Both the position numbers and the translations under genes were made by a program. 64,000 nt of DNA. Origin: a bacterium. Its GTDB lineage: Bacteria > Patescibacteriota > Microgenomatia > JAMCZE01. This document shows, one piece after another, positions 56,607 through 64,000 of this stretch. The stretch is taken from assembly GCA_021836035.1 (NCBI GenBank), contig JAKBJL010000001.1, forward strand, positions 223,765 to 287,764, in the 5' to 3' direction. Numbering within the stretch: position 1 is the stretch's first letter; the number at the start of each line of letters is the position of its first letter. The notes beneath the pieces were generated by a model that saw only the letters and a program-made list of their open reading frames with translations, did not search any database and was not told where the DNA came from.

Positions 56607-58478
56607 CTACTGGTTTTCCAAAGTGGAAGTGTCTCCGACAGGTTGACCTAATTCCTGGGCTTTTAAAACCCGGCGCATAATTTTTCCGGAGCGGGTTTTA
56701 GGAAGTTTATCTACAAAATCAATTTCATCCGGGGTGGCGATGGGGCCTATTTGTTTTCGAACCTCCTGTTTGAGTTCCTCTTTAAGTTGGTCAGAACCGG
56801 TAACGCCTTGTTTTAATATAACAAAGGCTTTAATCGACTCGCCTTTAATTTCATGCGGTTTACCGATAACCGCCGCTTCCGCCACGGCGTGATGGGAAAC
56901 CAGTGCGCTTTCTAACTCCGCGGAACCGAGGCGGTGTCCGGAAACTTTCAGGACATCGTCATTACGCCCGATAATCCAATAATAACCATCCTCGTCCTTT
57001 TTGGCCGAATCGCCCGTAAAGTAAACCTTGGTCGGAACCACCTCCCAATAAGCTTCGCGGTATTTCTGGGGGTTTTTATAGACGTCCAGAAACATCGCCG
57101 GCCAGGGTTTGTTGATTACTAAAAACCCCTGGGTATTGGGCGGCACCGGAATTCCTTTATCATCAACAATATCCGCTTCGATCCCGGGGAAAGGTTTAAA
57201 GGCGCTACCGGGTTTTAAAGGAACCGAAGGCAGGGGCGCGATCATCGCCATCCCGGTTTCTGTTTGCCACCAGGTATCAATAACCGGGCAATTGGAATTT
57301 CCCACTTTCTCATGAAACCACAACCACGCTTCCGGGTTAATCGGTTCACCCACACTGCCCAGTATTTTTAAGGAACTTAGGTTGTGCATTCTCGGCCAAT
57401 TATCGCCGTAGCGCATCAAAGAGCGAATTGCGGTCGGGGCGGTATAAAATTTCGTGACTTTATATTTCTCGATCAATTGCCACCATTTGCCGGGGTTGGG
57501 ATAATCGGGGACGCTTTCGTAAATAAAAGTTGTGACCCCGTTCATAAGCGGCGAATAAACAATAAAACTATGACCCGTAATCCAACCGGCGTCGGCGGTG
57601 CAAAAATAGACATCATCGGGGGTTAAATTAAAGGTCCATTTAAGAGTGATATAAGCGCCGACCATGTAGCCGCCCTGGGAGTGGATAATCCCCTTGGGTT
57701 TGCCGGTGGTGCCGGAAGTATACAGGATAAATAGCGGGTCGGTAGCGTCCATTTGTTCCGTCGGACAGTCCGTTGATTGAGTTTTCGTTACTTCGTCCCA
57801 CCAGAGATCCTTGCCCGGATTAAAGACAATGTTGTTGCCGGCGCGCTTGACGACAATAACGTGTTCGACCTGCGGTAATTCTTTGATCGCTTCGTCAACG
57901 GTCGATTTACATTCAATAGTTTTGTCTTTGTAGGGATAGCCATCAGCGGTAATGACTATTTTAGCTTCACCGTCGACGATGCGGTTTTTTAAAGCTTCAA
58001 TAGAAAATCCGGAGAAAACAACAGTGTGGACGACGCCGATTTTAGCGCAGCCGAGCATAGCAATAATTTGCTCCGGGATCCGGGGCAGGTAAATCGAAGC
58101 ATGATCTCCCCTTTTAAGGCCCAGGGACTTCAGGACGTTGGCGAAACGGCAAACTTCTTCATTTAACTGGCCGTAGGTAAATTGGCGGACCGTCCCGTCC
58201 TGGCCTTCCCAGATATAAGCCAACTTTTCTTTGGTGGCCGTCTGCATATGGCGGTCGAGGGCGTTTTGAACGATATTGCACTTCCCCCCGGTAAACCAGC
58301 GACCGTACGGGTATTGCCAATCCAACACTCTATCCCAGGTTTTATACCAGCTTAATTCTTTGGCAATGTTTTCCCAAAAGAGTCCGGGGTTGGCACAGGA
58401 CTCGGCGTAGATTTTTTCGTAGTCTTTAACAAAGGAACCGGCGACAATTTCCGGTTTGGGCAGGATCATAATATTCAT
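56607..58478 (-). CDS. acs: acetyl-CoA synthetase (AMP-forming)
   Basis: YTSGTTGKPKG AMP-binding motif and a TGD motif. ~620 aa with an Acs N-terminal domain. Confidence 0.9.
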   Translation of the reverse strand: MNIMILPKPEIVAGSFVKDYEKIYAESCANPGLFWENIAKELSWYKTWDRVLDWQYPYGRWFTGGKCNIVQNALDRHMQTATKEKLAYIWEGQDGTVRQFTYGQLNEEVCRFANVLKSLGLKRGDHASIYLPRIPEQIIAMLGCAKIGVVHTVVFSGFSIEALKNRIVDGEAKIVITADGYPYKDKTIECKSTVDEAIKELPQVEHVIVVKRAGNNIVFNPGKDLWWDEVTKTQSTDCPTEQMDATDPLFILYTSGTTGKPKGIIHSQGGYMVGAYITLKWTFNLTPDDVYFCTADAGWITGHSFIVYSPLMNGVTTFIYESVPDYPNPGKWWQLIEKYKVTKFYTAPTAIRSLMRYGDNWPRMHNLSSLKILGSVGEPINPEAWLWFHEKVGNSNCPVIDTWWQTETGMAMIAPLPSVPLKPGSAFKPFPGIEADIVDDKGIPVPPNTQGFLVINKPWPAMFLDVYKNPQKYREAYWEVVPTKVYFTGDSAKKDEDGYYWIIGRNDDVLKVSGHRLGSAELESALVSHHAVAEAAVIGKPHEIKGESIKAFVILKQGVTGSDQLKEELKQEVRKQIGPIATPDEIDFVDKLPKTRSGKIMRRVLKAQELGQPVGDTSTLENQ

Positions 58479-58846
58479 TTTCTCTGAAAGCGGTTATTAA
58501 ATCAAGGAGAAAGGTTATTGGAGTTCGAAAGTAACAGCGGGTTGCCGGGAGACTGTTTGCGTTCCCGGTTCCCAACCACCCCCGCCGCCCCGCCCAGCAG
58601 TTAACGGAACAACTTCCCGAGCGGCTCCTCCCCGGTTTACGATTGCCGGCTTCTGCTAAGGTAAAATTCGAACCTTACACATTGGTCGCGCCATTTTGGT
58701 TAAAAGGTCAAAGAGCGCAGAGACCTGGTTGATATCGCGCAGGGTGACGGTAATCGTATTATTGACGCGCCGTTGCCCGGGGTGGAGTTTTTGCCGGCTT
58801 TCTTCGCCACCCGGCCGGGGATGTATATGATAAACTAGCTGGAGAT

Positions 58847-60523
58847 ATGCCTGTCAGCGACCCGGACCTCGCCAAACTGCTTTTAGCCGGCCAATTTCTC
58901 TCTGAAGACCAAATCAGGAAAGCGCAGGTTTACGCGGCGGAAAAAAGCATCGCTTTTAGTGAAGCCCTGGAAGAACTGGATTTAATCAGCGATGAAAACC
59001 TGGGGCTTCTGGTTGCCGACAGTTTAAAGTTCCCCTTGGTAGTGCTTTCCAAAGTTCATATCCCCCGGGAAATATTGGAAATTGTCCCGGAAGTAGTAGC
59101 CGGGCGCCAAAAAGTTTTAGCTTTTGCCAAAGACCAGGACGGTTTGAAATTGGCGATGGTGGATCCGGAAAACTCCGAAATCCGGGAGTTTATTGCCAAA
59201 AAAACCGGCGATAGGGTGCTTGCCTACCTAGCGACACAAAAAGATTTTGCCCGGGCGATGGCTCTTTATAAAAAGGATCTCCAAAAAACCTTTGACGAGC
59301 TTTTAAAAGATAAAGTGGACCAGGCCGGTAAAGCGGAAGGCAGCGATGTGCCGATAACGGAGTTAGTTAATTTGCTGATTGAGTATGCTTATCATAACCG
59401 CGCTTCGGATATTCATATTGAACCTGAGGAAAAAGTTTCCCTGGTTCGCTTCCGCATTGACGGAGTTTTGCATGATGTTCTCCGCCTGCCCCGCAATCTT
59501 CACGAACAATTGATGTCCCGTATAAAAGTAGTGGCGAAATTGCGGACTGACGAACATTTATCCGCCCAGGATGGCAAAATGCAAGCGACTTTACCCGAAG
59601 AAACGCTGGATATCCGGGTGTCCGTGGTACCGACTATCAAAGGCGAAAAAGCGGTAATGCGGCTCCTTTCTTCCCGCGCCCGCCAGTTTACTTTAACTGA
59701 TTTGGGGATGACGGAAGCGGATTTGGAAAAAGTCAAAAGCGGTTTTCAAAAATCCTACGGCATGGTTTTATCCACCGGCCCGACCGGCAGCGGGAAAACG
59801 ACGACCATTTATGCGATTTTAAAAATCCTAAATACCCGCGAGCGGAATATCGCGACGATTGAAGATCCGGTGGAGTACGACATTGAAGGGATTAATCAAA
59901 TCCAGGTAAATCCCAAAACCAATTTAACCTTCGCCGACGGTTTGCGGGCAATCCTGCGCCAGGACCCCAACATCATTTTTGTCGGAGAAATCCGCGACGG
60001 CGAAACTGCCGGTATTGCCGTCAATTCTGCTATGACCGGGCATTTGGTTCTTTCGACTTTACACACTAACGATGCCGCAACATCTCTGCCCCGTTTAGTC
60101 GATATGGATATCGAACCCTTTTTAATTGCCTCGACGGTTAATGTAATCGTCGCCCAAAGACTTGTCAGGAAAATTTGCGAAAATTGCCGCGTATCCCAAA
60201 CGGTGGCCGCAGGGGAATTAGCTAAAAGATTACCCGCCGGTTTATTAGAAAAGCACTTCGGTGCTAAAGACGAATTCCGTTTATATGTAGGCAAGGGCTG
60301 TCCGGTATGCCATAACACCGGCTACCGGGGCCGAATCGGCATTTTCGAGGTCCTGGTGATGGACGACCACCTGAAAGAGGCGGTTTGCGCTAAGGCAGAC
60401 GCTAATTCTTTGAGAAGCGAGGCGCTAAAAAGCGGGATGACAACAATGTTGGAAGACGGTTTACAAAAGGCGGTTCGGGGATTAACGACGATAGACGAGG
60501 TGATCAGAGCTACCAAGGAGTAA
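58847..60523 (+). CDS. pilB: type IV pilus assembly ATPase PilB (GspE family)
   Basis: Walker A TGPTGSGKTTT and the tetracysteine motif CENCR...CPVCHNTGYRGR. Confidence 0.9.
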   Translation: MPVSDPDLAKLLLAGQFLSEDQIRKAQVYAAEKSIAFSEALEELDLISDENLGLLVADSLKFPLVVLSKVHIPREILEIVPEVVAGRQKVLAFAKDQDGLKLAMVDPENSEIREFIAKKTGDRVLAYLATQKDFARAMALYKKDLQKTFDELLKDKVDQAGKAEGSDVPITELVNLLIEYAYHNRASDIHIEPEEKVSLVRFRIDGVLHDVLRLPRNLHEQLMSRIKVVAKLRTDEHLSAQDGKMQATLPEETLDIRVSVVPTIKGEKAVMRLLSSRARQFTLTDLGMTEADLEKVKSGFQKSYGMVLSTGPTGSGKTTTIYAILKILNTRERNIATIEDPVEYDIEGINQIQVNPKTNLTFADGLRAILRQDPNIIFVGEIRDGETAGIAVNSAMTGHLVLSTLHTNDAATSLPRLVDMDIEPFLIASTVNVIVAQRLVRKICENCRVSQTVAAGELAKRLPAGLLEKHFGAKDEFRLYVGKGCPVCHNTGYRGRIGIFEVLVMDDHLKEAVCAKADANSLRSEALKSGMTTMLEDGLQKAVRGLTTIDEVIRATKE

Positions 60524-60529
60524 CGAGAT

Positions 60530-61597
60530 ATGGTCAAGCTGCCCTTTATTAATAGTATTAAGTTCGTCGATAAACTCCTCTTTACCAAGCATCTCTCTAT
60601 CATGCTCAAAAGCGGCATTCCGCTGGCAGAGGCTATTTCCATTTTAACCGACCAAAGCCGCAACGCGGCCTTTAAGAAGATCCTGTTAGGTATAGCCAGG
60701 GATATCGCCAACGGCCAGAGTTTGGAAAAAAGTTTATCTCGTTATCCGGATGTTTTCGATCCGCTCTACCGGAGTATTATTGCCGTCGGTGAGGAAGCGG
60801 GCAATCTGGAAAGCAATTCGGAATACCTGGCGGCGACTTTGCAGAAAACATACGAATTCCGCAAAAAAGTGCAGGGGGCGATGATGTACCCCATGCTGAT
60901 TTTAGTTGTGGCGGGCTTAGTCGGCGGGGGCATTGTCTTTTTTATTTTGCCCCAACTTTCGGCCCTCTTTAAATCCCTGGATGTAACCCTGCCTTTATCC
61001 ACCCGGATTTTGCTTTGGATAGCTGATCTGGCGAAAAATTACGGCTTGATAATTATTATCGTCTTGCTGCTATCGGTATCTCTTTTTATCCGTCTGATTA
61101 GTACTGCCCGCCTTAAGCCCCATTGGCACCGGTTTCTGCTTGGCGTTCCGGTTTACGGCCAGTTTTTACAAAATTCCGAGATGGCTAATTTCTGCCGCAA
61201 CATGGGGATGATGCTCAAAAGCGGACTGCCGATTGCCCGGGCGCTAAAAGTTGCCCGGGAAGCAACGTACAATTTGGTTTTTAGATCTTACGTTACCGAT
61301 TTGGTTGCGGCGGTCGACCGCGGCCAGACAATTGAAAAAACCTGGTCCGGGGCGGAAAAAAAATATATTCCGGTAATTGTACCCCGCATGATTGGGGTCG
61401 GAGAAAAAACCGGGCGCCTGGATGAGAGCTTGCTTTATTTGGCGGATTTTTTTGAAGGGGAGGTAGATGATATGGCCAAAAACCTATCCTCTATCTTGGA
61501 GCCGGCTATGCTTTTAGTGGTGGCTGGTTTTGTTGCTTTCCTGGCCTTTTCGATTATTTCTCCGATTTACCAATTTACCGGGTCGGTCCACCGCTAG
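60530..61597 (+). CDS. pilC: type IV pilus inner-membrane platform protein PilC (GspF family)
   Basis: Two GspF repeats and 3 TM. Confidence 0.85.
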   Translation: MVKLPFINSIKFVDKLLFTKHLSIMLKSGIPLAEAISILTDQSRNAAFKKILLGIARDIANGQSLEKSLSRYPDVFDPLYRSIIAVGEEAGNLESNSEYLAATLQKTYEFRKKVQGAMMYPMLILVVAGLVGGGIVFFILPQLSALFKSLDVTLPLSTRILLWIADLAKNYGLIIIIVLLLSVSLFIRLISTARLKPHWHRFLLGVPVYGQFLQNSEMANFCRNMGMMLKSGLPIARALKVAREATYNLVFRSYVTDLVAAVDRGQTIEKTWSGAEKKYIPVIVPRMIGVGEKTGRLDESLLYLADFFEGEVDDMAKNLSSILEPAMLLVVAGFVAFLAFSIISPIYQFTGSVHR

Positions 61598-61604
61598 AAT
61601 TGCT

Positions 61605-62051
61605 ATGCGAAAAACTGCCGGATTCTCGCTGCTTGAATTGTTGCTGACTATAGCCATCGTTTTGGGCCTGGCGGGGGCAGCCGCCGGTTTTTATACCCAG
61701 TTTTTAGTCCGGAATGCGGTCAGCAATGCTTCCGACCAGTTGGTTCAGAGTTTGCGCAAGGCCCAGTTTTATGCTCTGGAAAGTTATCGGAGCAATACCG
61801 GCGGCTGGGGAGTTTACTGGGACAATGGCAGTCATACTCTCAGTCTTTACCAGGGAGTGGACTATGCCCATAAAACTTTTACGGAGGATTTTATTATTAG
61901 TCCCTCCGTTTCTCTGGCCGGGATTACGGAAATTAGTTTCAGCCGGGTCAACGGAGTGCCTTCGGCCGGAGCTCCGGCAACGATAACTGTCAGCGGTTTA
62001 GGAAGCAGCAGAACGATAAGCCTCAACGGTCAAGGGGTGGTCAGTCCCTAA
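61605..62051 (+). CDS. prepilin-type N-terminal cleavage/methylation domain protein (pseudopilin)
   Basis: GFSLLELLLTIAIVLGLAGAAAG. Confidence 0.6.
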   Translation: MRKTAGFSLLELLLTIAIVLGLAGAAAGFYTQFLVRNAVSNASDQLVQSLRKAQFYALESYRSNTGGWGVYWDNGSHTLSLYQGVDYAHKTFTEDFIISPSVSLAGITEISFSRVNGVPSAGAPATITVSGLGSSRTISLNGQGVVSP

Positions 62052-62060
62052 GTGAAAAAT

Positions 62061-63911
62061 ATGAAGCGGCAAACATCCCCCGGATTTTCCCTGATAGAAA
62101 TAATTCTGGCGGCAGCCATGTTTGCCCTTTTCTCCGCGGCTGGGGTAACGGGAATAATCGGAGGTCTGGATTCTAACCGTTTGGGAGCGGAGATGACTGT
62201 GGCGACGGAATATGCCTCGGAAGGCCTTGAAGCCGCACGTTCTATAAGAAACCAGGATTTTGCCAAATTCACGGTGACCGCGCCCGGAGCTAGTGTCGGG
62301 ATTATTCGCAGCGCCGGGAACATCTGGGATTTTGCCGGTACGGAAAATATTTTTGACAGCCGGTATACCCGCCGCCTTACGGTGGAAAGTGTTTGCCGGG
62401 ACACCACCGCGGCCAAAAATATTATCAATTGTACCGGGCCGTCCGATCCCAATATTGACGTCAATACCAAAAAAGTCACTTCCCGGGTAAATTGGAATTT
62501 TACCGTAGCCCGTCCGCAGGAAATTATTTTATCCGCATATTTAACTAACTGGAAAGCGCCGATTATACCCAGCGATAATGCTTTATTAGTTTACGCGAAC
62601 GCAATTAAGCCGCAATATAGATTATTTACCGACGGGGCAAATACTTTTAGCTCCGCGAACGAGATGGCGATAGGATCGGCAGGCAAAAATTTTGTTATCC
62701 GCACTTCCCCGACAAAGCGGGAGGCAATTGCCGGTTATACCTACGGCAGCGGATCAACCACCGTTTTACAGGTAATTTGTTTTGATGGCACAAGTTGGTC
62801 AAATGAGTGGACGGCACAGGTAAATCCCTCACAATTTGATGTCTCTACGCGCCGTTTTGATATTGCTTATGAAACTCAGTCCGGAGATGCGATGGTTTTA
62901 TATTCCACGGGGGCAACGGGCCAATTAGCATATAGAACGAAACCGGGAAGTACAGGCTGTGGTTCATCCGGTTGGTCTGGAGTAATTCCTCTTACCGCTC
63001 AGGGGTCCACCGGTGTTATCCAGTGGGTAAAAATGGCCGGGGACAGGAGGAGCACCTCTAGCGACCTTGCAGCCGCTTGGGCCGATAATACCTCGCGATT
63101 ACAGGCAGCGGTTTGGAACGGTATTGATAATTGGTCGCAAAGCGGCGCTTTAGAAACAACATTAAAAGCGGTCAATACTCCACAGGATGTTGATTCTTTT
63201 GATTTGGATTTTGAGTCGCAAAGCGGAAACCTTATGGTAGTTTGGGGCTACGGGGGCGGCGGCAGGGGTACCAGCCCCGTATATTACGCGCGTTATGTTT
63301 GCCAACCTACCTGTTCTTGGGTAGGTAAATCTCCCCTTGGTTTAAACAGCGATGCCGCCAATTTGGATATTGCCGCTAATCCTACCGGTAATGAAATTGT
63401 TTTTGCCTCAATCAGCAGCGGTTCGCGTTTACAAGCTGCCTATTGGTCGGGAAGTTCCTGGACAGCGAGTAATAACCTGGACACTTCAACCACCCCTCCT
63501 AGCGCCGGTTCTGAATTAGTAGCTGCGGGCTGGTTGAATTTATCAGGAACCAGCCGCAGTGTCGTGGTCTATGCGGATGCCGTTCCCGCTAAAAATCCCG
63601 TTAATGTTATTGACTGGGTAGTAGGCAATGGAGCCTCCTTTTCGGCCCCATCGCATTGTGCTACAAATTCTAATCCGGCATGTTTACCCTTGCCAGGGAC
63701 CAAAGTTTGGCTTGCTGTCCGATCCGATCCGAAAAGTAATGACCGGTTGATCTTGACTTTCAGCGATAATAATTCGGACTTATTTGCCAAGAGATTAGTA
63801 ATGGGCGCCGGACCGACATTTACTTGGAGTAATGCGGACGGCGGGGCGGCCCTGGAAACAGGTTTAAGCCAGGCGACAGCCAGTCCGTTTGCCTTTGCTT
63901 ATTGGCGTTAA
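62061..63911 (+). CDS. large (~617 aa) prepilin-type protein, possible pilus tip/adhesin
   Basis: N-terminal GFSLIEIILAAAMFALFSAAG followed by a long Ser/Thr/Gly-rich beta domain. Confidence 0.55.
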   Translation: MKRQTSPGFSLIEIILAAAMFALFSAAGVTGIIGGLDSNRLGAEMTVATEYASEGLEAARSIRNQDFAKFTVTAPGASVGIIRSAGNIWDFAGTENIFDSRYTRRLTVESVCRDTTAAKNIINCTGPSDPNIDVNTKKVTSRVNWNFTVARPQEIILSAYLTNWKAPIIPSDNALLVYANAIKPQYRLFTDGANTFSSANEMAIGSAGKNFVIRTSPTKREAIAGYTYGSGSTTVLQVICFDGTSWSNEWTAQVNPSQFDVSTRRFDIAYETQSGDAMVLYSTGATGQLAYRTKPGSTGCGSSGWSGVIPLTAQGSTGVIQWVKMAGDRRSTSSDLAAAWADNTSRLQAAVWNGIDNWSQSGALETTLKAVNTPQDVDSFDLDFESQSGNLMVVWGYGGGGRGTSPVYYARYVCQPTCSWVGKSPLGLNSDAANLDIAANPTGNEIVFASISSGSRLQAAYWSGSSWTASNNLDTSTTPPSAGSELVAAGWLNLSGTSRSVVVYADAVPAKNPVNVIDWVVGNGASFSAPSHCATNSNPACLPLPGTKVWLAVRSDPKSNDRLILTFSDNNSDLFAKRLVMGAGPTFTWSNADGGAALETGLSQATASPFAFAYWR

Positions 63912-63914
63912 TCA

Positions 63915-64000
63915 TGCGTAAAGGTTTTACTTTATTGGAACTGATTCTTTATATGGCGATTGTGTCGCTTTTGTCCGGAGCGCTGATTACTTTCGGTTGG
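63915..64000 (+). CDS. prepilin-type protein, 5' partial (runs off the window)
   Basis: MRKGFTLLELILYMAIVSLLSGAL. Confidence 0.5.

Noticed and set aside
58640-58690. GGTTCGAAT-containing segment upstream of pilB that resembled a tRNA T-arm
   Set aside because: No complementary T-stem, acceptor stem or D-arm can be built around it on either strand.
1-64000. CRISPR arrays, rRNA genes and additional canonical tRNAs
   Set aside because: No run of regularly spaced identical repeats, no rRNA-like conserved blocks, and no other cloverleaf-compatible segments were seen by eye. A computational scan (tRNAscan-SE, CRISPRCasFinder) could still find a short array or tRNA I missed.

Overview
The window reads as a small-genome bacterium, probably CPR/Patescibacteria-like. 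The evidence is many short secreted or membrane hypotheticals, type IV pilus genes, H2/ferredoxin fermentative enzymes and an FKBP. A ~50% GC backbone carries a visibly AT-richer insertion. Backbone genes are dnaG-rpoD, a thermonuclease, a copper P-type ATPase next to an FMN-binding protein, ApbE and a membrane flavoprotein, a MacAB-like ABC efflux pump with a two-component system, a [NiFe]-hydrogenase with HypC and a maturation protease, 2-oxoacid:ferredoxin oxidoreductase, ferredoxin, acetyl-CoA synthetase, and pilB/pilC with several prepilin-type proteins. The most striking features are four. (1) A tRNA-Asn(GUU) gene is split in its anticodon loop by a ~500-nt group I intron, with recognisable P/Q/R/S core elements and a terminal G, that encodes an HNH homing endonuclease. 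(2) A large serine recombinase ends exactly at the 3' end of that tRNA and opens an AT-rich ~14-15 kb integrated element (~9.65-24.4 kb). It has a leftward operon: XRE repressor, several hypotheticals, a CHC2 zinc-finger protein, a P-loop NTPase and the recombinase. It has a rightward operon: N6-adenine-type DNA methyltransferase, a DUF262/ParB-like + HNH (GmrSD-like) nuclease and a stand-alone FtsK-gamma domain protein. The rightward operon is a candidate defence system that has not been described. (3) A strongly promoted, terminated ~170-nt non-coding RNA with 6S-like long-hairpin architecture lies at 29.6-29.8 kb. (4) A signal peptidase I is fused to a polytopic N-terminal membrane domain and a C-terminal CAP/SCP domain. 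All calls rest on motif reading by eye; no database searches were run.
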